From NCBI GenBank assembly GCA_002070415.1, contig MWDF01000003.1, positions 25,960 through 57,959 of the forward strand: 32,000 nucleotides of DNA, written 5' to 3'. Shown here piece after piece: positions 1 to 7,138 of the stretch (the stretch's first letter is position 1; each line of letters opens with the position of its first letter). The stretch is from Firmicutes bacterium ADurb.Bin153 (GTDB lineage Bacteria; Bacillota; DTU025; MWDF01). The notes beneath the pieces were generated by a model, which was not told the origin of the DNA, ran no database searches, and saw only the letters and a program-made list of their open reading frames with translations. A program made the position numbers and the translations under genes.

Positions 1-820
1 TGGCGATCGGGTACTCGGCCCTGACGTAGATGTAGCCGTAGCGCGCGCCGATGGCATAGCCTGCGATGGCCATGCCCTCTATCACCTTGTGCGGGTCGCC
101 TTCCATGACGGCCCTGTCCATGAACGCCCCCGGGTCGCCCTCGTCGCCGTTGCAGACCATGTACTTTACGTCGTTGACCTGCGCCGCTGCGAAACCCCAC
201 TTCCTGCCCGTGGGGAAGCCTCCGCCGCCTCTTCCTCTGAGGCCCGATTCGAGTACGGTGTCTATGACCTGCTGGGGTGTCAACGAGGTGAGGCACTTCG
301 CCAGAGCGGCATAGCCGCCGTTGGCTATATATTCCCTGAGGTCCTCGGCGTTGATCCTGCCGGAACCGGCCAGGGCCACCTTTATCTGCTTCTTGTAGAA
401 AGGTATCTCGCACTCGTGGGTAATCGGCTTGCCCGTCTTGGGGTCCTTGTAGAGGAGCCTTTCGATGACCTGTCCGCCGACGAGGGTCTTTTCCACTATC
501 TCGGATGCGTCCTCGGGCTTTACGTGGCAGTACGTAATCGCGCCGGGTTCGATTCTCACCAGCGGCCCGATGTCGCAGAAGCCGTGGCATCCCGTCTTAA
601 TCGCGTTGACCGATTTCTCGTCCACTTTCTCGTCGTCCAGGACCGCGTTGATGCCGCGCTTGTCGAGCTCCGCCTTCAGGGCGTCGTAGACTTCGATCCC
701 GCCCGAGAGTATGCATCCGGGCCCTACGCACACGAAGACGCGCTTCCCGAAGGAGGACAGCTTCGACAGGTATCTCTCCCTGAGCTCCGAAAGCTGCTTT
801 TCGCTAGTCACCCTGCTCAT
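1..820 (-). CDS. NuoF/HydB(HndC)-type NADH-binding FMN/Fe-S flavoprotein subunit, 5' part only (gene continues beyond window start)
   Basis: Own translation of the minus strand from ATG 820..818: MSRVTSEKQLSELRERYLSKLSSFGKRVFVCVGPGCILSGG...CHGFCDIGP...GLRGRGGGGFPTGRKW...VCNGDEGDPGAFMDR. This is an N-terminal thioredoxin-like 2Fe-2S segment followed by NuoF glycine-rich NADH/FMN motifs. SD AAGAGGAGGG sits 6 nt upstream. There is an ATGA start/stop overlap with the upstream nuoE-like gene. It is absent from the ORF track because there is no stop in the window. Confidence 0.85.
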   Translation of the reverse strand, partial: MSRVTSEKQLSELRERYLSKLSSFGKRVFVCVGPGCILSGGIEVYDALKAELDKRGINAVLDDEKVDEKSVNAIKTGCHGFCDIGPLVRIEPGAITYCHVKPEDASEIVEKTLVGGQVIERLLYKDPKTGKPITHECEIPFYKKQIKVALAGSGRINAEDLREYIANGGYAALAKCLTSLTPQQVIDTVLESGLRGRGGGGFPTGRKWGFAAAQVNDVKYMVCNGDEGDPGAFMDRAVMEGDPHKVIEGMAIAGYAIGARYGYIYVRAEYPIA

Positions 821-1314
821 ACCAATCCCTCCTCTTTCAGAAGGGCATCGATGATGATCTCGGCCGCTTCGGCCGTCATCTGCCCGTATACTTTGTCGTT
901 GACCATGAGCACGGGCGCGAGCCCGCACGCTCCCAGGCAGGCTACGGTCTCGACCGTGAACCTGAGGTCGGACGTCGTGAACTTCCCTTCCTTGAGGCCG
1001 ATCTTCTTGATGATGGCGTCGTAGACCGGCATCGAACCCCTGACATGGCACGCGGTACCGTCGCATACCCTTACCACGTACTTGCCCTTGGGCTCAAGGG
1101 AGAACTGCGCGTAGAAGGTCGCCACGCCGAACACGGTGGCGGCCGGTATGCCGAGCGCTGTCGCGATGTAGGTTAGGATTTCCTCAGGCAGGTACCTGTA
1201 CTCGGTCTGTACCGCCTGGAGGATCGGTATAAGCGCGCTCTGACTTTTACCGTTTTTCTCGATGATGCCATTGATCTTCTCGAATTTCCGCGCTGAGCTA
1301 AGATCCTGGGTCAT
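817..1314 (-). CDS. NuoE/HydC(HndA)-type thioredoxin-like [2Fe-2S] subunit
   Basis: 165-aa ORF. Contains ...LIPILQAVQTEYRYLP..., VRVCDGTACHVRG and ETVACLGACGLAPV, the NuoE four-Cys pattern. Translationally coupled to the nuoF-like gene. Confidence 0.85.
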   Translation of the reverse strand: MTQDLSSARKFEKINGIIEKNGKSQSALIPILQAVQTEYRYLPEEILTYIATALGIPAATVFGVATFYAQFSLEPKGKYVVRVCDGTACHVRGSMPVYDAIIKKIGLKEGKFTTSDLRFTVETVACLGACGLAPVLMVNDKVYGQMTAEAAEIIIDALLKEEGLV

Positions 1315-1339
1315 TTCGGCATTAACCTCCTTGGGTTGA

Positions 1340-2509
1340 TTAGTAGTAAGTTACGCTGACGTCTTTACCTAACGCCCTCATCATCCTGATGACGGCGTCC
1401 ACAGCCTGGCTCTTGAACCTGTAATCCACGAGTGACGCTGCGTCGGTGTGGGCCACGTTCTTGGCCCTGCCGACGAAGAAATCCAACCTGTCCGCATCCA
1501 GCAGCGCCTTAGCCAAAAGCGATGCCGCGTCCCGCCCTGTCATCCCGGCCTTCGTCATCTCGCCGGCATCCACGGCGCCCAGTTTGTCCAGGGCGCTCGT
1601 CAGGGTTATTATCCCCTCGGTCACCATGTCCACGCCCTTCATCTTCGCCATGGGAGGAATCCCGTCCCCCCCGGTGCCGAGGTCTATCTCCATCTCCGCG
1701 CCGAGCTCCCTTGCGAAGAGGTTCCCCGTCGTCCCTCCGCAGATTATCTTCCTGCCCGGCCTTGCCATGAACTTCCTTACGAGTTCCGCGTCCAGTTCCT
1801 TCCTGCTGGGCGGCCCTATGGCCACCGATGTCATCCTGGGCTGCCTTGCAGCTATGCACACCACCGTCGTGTCGTCGCCGGGCTTGCCCCCGTAGAACTG
1901 GTCGCACACTCCCGTAAGCCACTTAGAGAGCTGCGCGCTGTCGCCCCTCGCCTTCGGAACGGTCTTCCTTATGTACTCCGCCACGTTCTCCCATTGCCAG
2001 CCGAGGTTTAGCACATCCCCGAGGCCTGCGTGTATCACCCCGTCAGAGACCATGAACAGATGGTCCCCGTCTTTGACCTCGAAGCTGCCTTCCAGGACTT
2101 CTTTCTCGGCCACCTTGCGCTTCTTCGTGCTGATCTTCGTGACCGTGCCTTCCCTATAAAGGAAGATGTCCGGAGTGTCGTACTCCACGATGTTACCGAC
2201 GCCTCCCTCCGAGAGCCTCACTATGGAGAACGTCGAGTAGGCCACTCCCCTTACCTGGCATATCGGAAGGGTCCTACCTATCGTGTCGACGACGTCTTCT
2301 ATGCCCGAGCCTTCCTTGAGCATGTAAGTGGCGATCCTCGTCGTCAGCGTCGAGAGCACGTTTGCCTTGATGCCAGATCCGAGGCCGTCGGACAGCACGG
2401 CCATTATCGAACCCGAGGCTTTGACTATCTCGACCCTGTCTCCGCAGATCGTCTCGCCATGCTTGCACAAGGACGAGTATGAGGCCTCGTAGTACAGGCC
2501 GGAGCTCAT
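1340..2509 (-). CDS. SpoIIE/PP2C-family serine phosphatase with an extra C-terminal domain of about 160 aa
   Basis: 389-aa ORF. Contains ICGDRVEI...AVLSDGLGSGIKA...FMVSDGVIHAG...GDDTTVV, the PP2C/SpoIIE metal-binding Asp motifs. Its ATG overlaps the stop of the hydS-like gene (ATGA at 2509..2506). It ends 25 nt upstream of the nuoE-like start. Confidence 0.8.
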   Translation of the reverse strand: MSSGLYYEASYSSLCKHGETICGDRVEIVKASGSIMAVLSDGLGSGIKANVLSTLTTRIATYMLKEGSGIEDVVDTIGRTLPICQVRGVAYSTFSIVRLSEGGVGNIVEYDTPDIFLYREGTVTKISTKKRKVAEKEVLEGSFEVKDGDHLFMVSDGVIHAGLGDVLNLGWQWENVAEYIRKTVPKARGDSAQLSKWLTGVCDQFYGGKPGDDTTVVCIAARQPRMTSVAIGPPSRKELDAELVRKFMARPGRKIICGGTTGNLFARELGAEMEIDLGTGGDGIPPMAKMKGVDMVTEGIITLTSALDKLGAVDAGEMTKAGMTGRDAASLLAKALLDADRLDFFVGRAKNVAHTDAASLVDYRFKSQAVDAVIRMMRALGKDVSVTYY

Positions 2510-4185
2510 TCCTCCGAACCCTCCTCGAGCTGCTTCATAAGCCTGGAGAGCAGTACTTTAGTCTCGGCGGCGGCCTCTCCCATGAGGCCTGCCACCTGCT
2601 GGGCGACCCTCATCTGGTTCTCTATGACCCTTCCTGCCCTTTCGGCGGTCTCCCGCCTTTCCTTGACAAGGGCCTCCTTGTCCTTGAACTCGCGGCTCAG
2701 GTCGGATACTATCAGCACCACCATGTCCTTCGACTGCAGGTGCATGTAGGCTTCCTTCGCCCTTTCAAGGCCGCAGTTGCCGTTCGTATGCCTGATAACG
2801 GTCGTCTTGGTCTCGAATACGGTCTTGAAGGGCTCCTTTTCGAAGATGTCCGGGATCGGCCTGCCGACCATGGATTCCGCGGACAGCCCGGTTATGCGGC
2901 AGATCGCAGGGTTGGTGAGCACGACCGTCATGTCGCTCCTGACGCCCAGTATGCCGTTGGGGGACTCGTTAACCACGAGGTTGCCCATGGCTTCGGCGCC
3001 CGATTTCATGAACGGCATGCACATCTCCGGTTCCGCGAGTCCCCTGGTGACCGCGATCGCAAGGTCGCGGCACGTGTAGTAGCCGCAGGCCCCGCAGTCG
3101 GTGCGGTCGTCCTTGGATCCCCTGCCGATCTTCGAGAGCACCTTGGTTATCATCGCCTCGGGAGGTTCCGGTTTCCTGACGTCCTTCGATGAATAGACCG
3201 CCGAAGTGTCGAAGAGCTCGATTTCCTCACCGTTCGCGCTTGCGGCGTGCCGCAGGCTGGCTTTCATGAGGCTCATGCGGCCGGCCTTCCCCTTCGTGCC
3301 CGACGGTCCGCACAGCGAGCAGTCCACGCAGGCCGCAAGGTCCAGCAGCGAGAAGTCCGAGTAGTCGTCCATGTGGCCCAGAGCGTGCATGGACCCCTCT
3401 ATCCCAAGGACCGATATCTCACCTGCGTACTGCCCGCCTTTTACTACCTGCCCGTCTTCCGGCGCCTCGTCTTCTTCCGTGACGTGGCACTCGTCCTCCA
3501 ACTCAACCTCGGGGCAATCTTTTATGGAGAAGCCCTTCTTGTCGAATATGGAGGCCAGCTCGCCGAACGTGAGTACGGAGTCCACGAGTCCCCTGTATTC
3601 CTGCCTTTCGACCTCACCCTTTGAGGCGATGCAAGGTCCGGCGTAAACTATATAGCAGCTCTGGCCGAGCTTATTCCTCAGCTTCCGCGCCTGTGCGACC
3701 ATGGGGGTCGCTACTTGGGCCAGGTTCTCCAGTTTTTCCGGGTAGTATCTTTCGATGAGGTTGACTATGACGGGGCAGTATGACGCTATGACGGGTTTCT
3801 TCGCGGATGTCCCGGCGGACTCCAGGTGGGCCCTTACCGTCGCGGCGGATGCCTTGGCGGTGCTTGAGACATGCGTGAACCCCAGCTTCCTGGCCGCCCC
3901 GGCCACCCTGGCAGGGTCGATTCCGGGGAACGAGGACCTGAACGCGTGGTGCAGTATGAGGGCCGAGGTGGCGCCCGACGCCAACCTTGCCATGACGGGG
4001 CCCCTGTCATCCCTTACGACCTTTGCGGCCTGGGGGCACACTATCGCGCATTCGGCGCATGCGATACAGAGCTCATCCTCGATCTCGGTGTGGCCCCCGG
4101 ACGCTTTGATCGCCTTTACGGGGCAGTACCGTATGCACTTGTAGCAGTCCCTGCAATTCGAAGGGACGCTTTGAATCGCAGGCAT
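2506..4185 (-). CDS. Sensory [FeFe]-hydrogenase-like protein (HydS/HfsB type): 2x[4Fe-4S] ferredoxin domain, H-cluster-like domain, Cx2Cx4Cx16C motif, PAS domain, C-terminal coiled-coil tail
   Basis: 559-aa ORF. CRDCYKCIRYCP and CIACAECAIVCP are two 4Fe-4S motifs. SYCPVIV stands in place of TSCCPxW. GPCIASKGE resembles MPCxxKxxE. AACVDCSLCGP is present. DCGACGYYTCRDLAIAVTRGLAEPEMC equals Cx2Cx4Cx16C. A PAS-like segment follows: NGILGVRSDMTVVLTNPAICRITGLSAESMVGRPI. Confidence 0.75.
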   Translation of the reverse strand: MPAIQSVPSNCRDCYKCIRYCPVKAIKASGGHTEIEDELCIACAECAIVCPQAAKVVRDDRGPVMARLASGATSALILHHAFRSSFPGIDPARVAGAARKLGFTHVSSTAKASAATVRAHLESAGTSAKKPVIASYCPVIVNLIERYYPEKLENLAQVATPMVAQARKLRNKLGQSCYIVYAGPCIASKGEVERQEYRGLVDSVLTFGELASIFDKKGFSIKDCPEVELEDECHVTEEDEAPEDGQVVKGGQYAGEISVLGIEGSMHALGHMDDYSDFSLLDLAACVDCSLCGPSGTKGKAGRMSLMKASLRHAASANGEEIELFDTSAVYSSKDVRKPEPPEAMITKVLSKIGRGSKDDRTDCGACGYYTCRDLAIAVTRGLAEPEMCMPFMKSGAEAMGNLVVNESPNGILGVRSDMTVVLTNPAICRITGLSAESMVGRPIPDIFEKEPFKTVFETKTTVIRHTNGNCGLERAKEAYMHLQSKDMVVLIVSDLSREFKDKEALVKERRETAERAGRVIENQMRVAQQVAGLMGEAAAETKVLLSRLMKQLEEGSEE

Positions 4186-4191
4186 GGGCTT

Positions 4192-4434
4192 TCACTCCCC
4201 CATAATCAACTTCCTGAACTGGACTTCGGCCTCGTCCGGGTCCAACCCGTTAAGGACCGTCCCGTCCAGTTCGACGGAAACACCGCAGGAGCAGTTCTTC
4301 ATACAAAAGCATCCCTTCAGTACAACGTCGCACTGAAGGGCGTTCTCTTCGATGAGCCTCTTATACCTTTCGATCACATCTGGGGCGCCTTTGATGTTGC
4401 AGGCACTTCCGACGCACACTTTAACGGTCTTCAT
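4192..4434 (-). CDS. Small thioredoxin-like (2Fe-2S) ferredoxin-domain protein, first gene of the hydS operon
   Basis: 80-aa ORF MKTVKVCVGSACNIKGAPDVIERY...CFCMKNCSCGVSVELDG. The Cys spacing and fold signature resemble NuoE-like 2Fe-2S proteins. GGAG lies 9 nt upstream. Its stop is 6 nt before the hydS-like start. Confidence 0.6.
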   Translation of the reverse strand: MKTVKVCVGSACNIKGAPDVIERYKRLIEENALQCDVVLKGCFCMKNCSCGVSVELDGTVLNGLDPDEAEVQFRKLIMGE

Positions 4435-4464
4435 TGTTCATTCTCCACAGTATCTTACTCGTTA

Positions 4465-4494
4465 AGTATATCTGTTTTGTACCTCCCTTCACAA
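4465..4494 (-). promoter_or_regulatory. Candidate sigma70-type promoter of the hydS operon (TTGTGA-18-TATACT)
   Basis: The minus strand reads ...tattaTTGTGAagggaggtacaaaacagaTATACTtaacgagtaagatactgtGGAGaatgaacaATG, inside the only AT-rich gap of this region. Confidence 0.35.
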
Positions 4495-4526
4495 TAATAC
4501 GACTGTCTTATTTTCAGTACCGCAAA

Positions 4527-4552
4527 GGCGCACCGCTTTTCCGCGGTGCGCC
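4527..4552 (-). terminator. GC-rich hairpin downstream of darA, a likely intrinsic terminator with a weak U-tract
   Basis: Perfect 10-bp stem GGCGCACCGC/GCGGTGCGCC with a 6-nt loop. On the minus strand it is followed by TTTGCGG. It lies 31 nt after the darA stop. Confidence 0.45.
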
Positions 4553-4582
4553 TCTCCAGCATTTGATAAGTAATTATCAATT

Positions 4583-4909
4583 TCAGACCTTTATGAAACT
4601 TTCAACGTCCATCACGAAAACCGTCGCACCGCCATGCGCCACTTTCACCGGCGGAGGGACGAACCCTCCTTGCGAAGGTATCGGCACACCAAGCGACATG
4701 TACTCCTGTCTGGTTTTGCAGCAGTCCTTTATCATCATGAGCACTTCTTCGACCTTTGCGTCCTCTACGCCCATAAGGAGGGTAGTATTCCCAAGTTTCA
4801 GGAACCCGCCGCTGCTTGCCACCTTGGTGAACATGTAGCCCGCATCCGTAAGGGTCTCGTTGAGTACCCTCATCGTATCGTCCCTGACTATCGCAAGAAT
4901 GAGCTTCAT
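4583..4909 (-). CDS. darA: PII-like cyclic-di-AMP receptor protein (DarA/PstA, DUF970 family)
   Basis: MKLILAIVRDD...TKVASSGGFLKLGNTTLLMGVED...HGGATVFVMDVESF matches the DarA/PstA hallmarks (TGGFLxxGNTT, GGATVFV). Start chosen at ATG 4909 with SD GAGGAGGA 8 nt upstream. The tracked ORF start at 4996 adds an Arg-rich extension that overlaps the MFS gene. Confidence 0.8.
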   Translation of the reverse strand: MKLILAIVRDDTMRVLNETLTDAGYMFTKVASSGGFLKLGNTTLLMGVEDAKVEEVLMMIKDCCKTRQEYMSLGVPIPSQGGFVPPPVKVAHGGATVFVMDVESFIKV

Positions 4910-4931
4910 CTGCCCTTCCTCCTCATCAGCA

Positions 4932-6296
4932 TCAGCTTCGGTCCTCGGCCCTCTTGCTTCCTTTCGTCGTTGTCTGTTTCGACTCGAGCTTGCCAAATAC
5001 CTTCCCCATTATCTTGGAAGGCTCAAAAACCGCGAGGAATACGGCCCAGCCGAACACCCTTATTATCGTCGAAACGAGGAACGTTGGCCCTATCCCCTTC
5101 GCCACCATAAGTGGTCCTCCGATCAGGGACCCTATCGTGCCGGAGAGGAATATGACGGTGTTGGTGACGGCTATGCCGTTTGGCCGCTCGTTCTCGTCCA
5201 CGTACTCGAGCCCCAGGTTGAACATCGAAAGGTTGTAGCCAGCCACGCCGAAGCCCAGTATGGCCTGCCAGGCGAACATCATCCCCAGGTCCTTCCCCGA
5301 AAGGTAGTAGAAGTAGGGGAACAGCGCCTGCCATATCGTCGAATAGGCGAAGACTATCGCGTTGCCCCTTTTCCTCGACAGCCTCCCCCAGAAAGGCGAG
5401 GTCAGCACCACGAACAGGGTTCCTGCGGTGTTAAGCAGGCTTATCATCGATTTGGAAAGTCCCAGCTCCCTGACGTAGAACATCGGAAAGGCGGGGGCCG
5501 ACAGGTATATACCCAGGTTGTACAGGAAAAGGCCCGCCGAGAAGTAGGCGAAACGCCTCCCCAGCTTTTCATCCCTGAACGGCATCGCCAGCCTCTTGAA
5601 CACCGATATGCTCCTCGCCTCGGCCTTCGGAGATGGCACCTCCCTGATGTGCTGCAGCGCGTATATCGAGAGCATGCCGGTGACACCGGATATCGCAAAG
5701 ATCGCGACGTAGCCCCACTCACCGGGGAGCCAGTCAATGAGGTATCCAGCAGCGATAGTGCCCATCACCGCCGCCAGGTTCGCGAGCGCGTTCCTCCTTG
5801 AGAAGACGGCGCCCCACTCGTTTTGCGGGAAGGACACTCCCATCATGTCGGTCCATACGATCAGGTACAGCACCGAGGGCACCGCCTGCAGCGCGTTCAG
5901 CCCTATTACAAGGTCTGCCTTCCAGCCCTGGGGCATGAACGGTATGAAGGCCATCGCTAGGAATACCGCCCTTGTGAGATACCCCGACAGCAACACCAGC
6001 TTCTTGACGCTCTTGCTGCGCTCGGCCACCCCCGCGAAGGGCAGGAACAGGAGGGTGTTCACCAGGGAGGGAAGCAGGTTGACCATGGATATGCCTATAG
6101 CGTTCGCGCCGTATGTGAGCGCCATGATCGATATGAAGGGCGGAACCATGCCCGCAGAGACATAGGCGAGCACACCGTCGGTGACCGCCCATTTATAATT
6201 GTGCCGGAGGTTCTTCCTCTTCAGGATCTCTGGCGTCATCGCCTGCGCGTCCTCCGGCACGGTCCCGTCTTTGGTTGTCCCCTTCAATAGTCCCAT
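4932..6296 (-). CDS. MFS-type transporter, substrate unknown
   Basis: 454-aa ORF, highly hydrophobic with about 12 predicted helices by eye. A cytoplasmic loop RLSRKRGN resembles the MFS RxxxR/K loop. The start is uncertain: ATG 6239 has a better SD (GGAGGA) than ATG 6296. Confidence 0.8.
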   Translation of the reverse strand: MGLLKGTTKDGTVPEDAQAMTPEILKRKNLRHNYKWAVTDGVLAYVSAGMVPPFISIMALTYGANAIGISMVNLLPSLVNTLLFLPFAGVAERSKSVKKLVLLSGYLTRAVFLAMAFIPFMPQGWKADLVIGLNALQAVPSVLYLIVWTDMMGVSFPQNEWGAVFSRRNALANLAAVMGTIAAGYLIDWLPGEWGYVAIFAISGVTGMLSIYALQHIREVPSPKAEARSISVFKRLAMPFRDEKLGRRFAYFSAGLFLYNLGIYLSAPAFPMFYVRELGLSKSMISLLNTAGTLFVVLTSPFWGRLSRKRGNAIVFAYSTIWQALFPYFYYLSGKDLGMMFAWQAILGFGVAGYNLSMFNLGLEYVDENERPNGIAVTNTVIFLSGTIGSLIGGPLMVAKGIGPTFLVSTIIRVFGWAVFLAVFEPSKIMGKVFGKLESKQTTTKGSKRAEDRS

Positions 6297-6309
6297 CGGT
6301 TAACGGAGG

Positions 6310-7125
6310 CTATCTGAGCCCCGCCATCTCCTTGAGCTTCTTAAGCGTCGGCGCCTTGCCGCATGACATCGCCCCTTCAGGGCAGTAGCCGTACTCGTCG
6401 CACGAAGCGCCCGCCCTCCAGAAGACGTTGGGCGCTATCTTCCTGTACTCTTCTAGCAGCCCGTCGAAGAGCGCCCTTATCTCCCACTGCGCCCTCGCGC
6501 AGCACCTCAGGTTGAACATATGCCTTAGCTGGCGCGCGTTCGTAGTAATCACAAACCTCGTCTCGGTCGCGTTAGTGAGCGCAAACCGCACGTCCTCCGC
6601 GGGAAGGCCGGCCTCGTTCAAGCCGTAATCCTGAAGGGCCTGGACCTCCTCCTGCAGCTTGACGAACTTCTCGTAGAACCCTGCGTGCGCTTTCACGCTC
6701 GGGGGCACGACGTAGTTGAAATCCTCTTCCTTGACGTACCTCTGGGACTGCTGAAGCTGGGATGTGTCGGCGCAGCCCTGCTCGGGGTCGCAGACGTAGC
6801 CTACCGCGCAGCCGTGGTCCTTGAACATCTTCATTATCCTGTGCCGGTCGTTCTGCTGGCTGGACACCCTGGAATAGCCCTCGACCGCGAAGCTCGTGTA
6901 CCAGTGCTCCAATGCGCCCATGTGCCCTGAGGATATGAGTCCGCGCACGAAGCGCCCGGTCTCGTCGTCTGATACGGTGCCGTCCTCGCCCGTGACCATG
7001 TCCGCGATCCTGTCTGCGCCTATCGGCGAATAGCACAGCTTGGCCATGAGCATCAGCCTCTCGGTGTTGACGCCGGTTCCCATGAAAGGGTAGTTGATTA
7101 TCCTGAAATTAAGCCCGGTCTGCAT
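6310..7125 (-). CDS. thyX: FAD-dependent thymidylate synthase ThyX (variant with an insertion inside the signature motif)
   Basis: Contains GHMGALEHWYTSFAVEGYSRVSSQQNDRHR...SQLQQSQRY...NARQLRHMFNLRCCARAQWEIR...YCPEGAMSCG. The ThyX RHR / SQRY / AQWEIR motifs are present. SD ACGGAGGGG lies 5 nt upstream. Confidence 0.8.
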   Translation of the reverse strand: MQTGLNFRIINYPFMGTGVNTERLMLMAKLCYSPIGADRIADMVTGEDGTVSDDETGRFVRGLISSGHMGALEHWYTSFAVEGYSRVSSQQNDRHRIMKMFKDHGCAVGYVCDPEQGCADTSQLQQSQRYVKEEDFNYVVPPSVKAHAGFYEKFVKLQEEVQALQDYGLNEAGLPAEDVRFALTNATETRFVITTNARQLRHMFNLRCCARAQWEIRALFDGLLEEYRKIAPNVFWRAGASCDEYGYCPEGAMSCGKAPTLKKLKEMAGLR

Positions 7126-7138
7126 CGGTCCCCTCCGT

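Noticed and set aside
89-1024. Long plus-strand ORF (311 aa) and similar long ORFs antisense or out of frame to the genes called here: 2479..3192, 3871..4497, 4860..5801, 13886..14800, 15035..16018, 16019..17065, 20171..21268, 22258..23262, 26341..27423, 28684..29490, 30047..31360 on the plus strand; 17487..18173 on the minus strand.
   Set aside because: Each lies opposite a gene with clear family motifs. Their products are Arg/Pro/Gly/His-rich low-complexity sequences without motifs or SD sequences. This is the expected stop-codon-poor antisense frame of GC-rich DNA.
4527-4552. A possible REP-like repeat family, because this hairpin and the tctC/tctB hairpin (22288..22321) both contain GGCGCAC...GTGCGCC.
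   Set aside because: The shared element is only a 7-mer and sits at different positions in the two stems. In GC-rich DNA this is easily coincidental. A genome-wide count would be needed.
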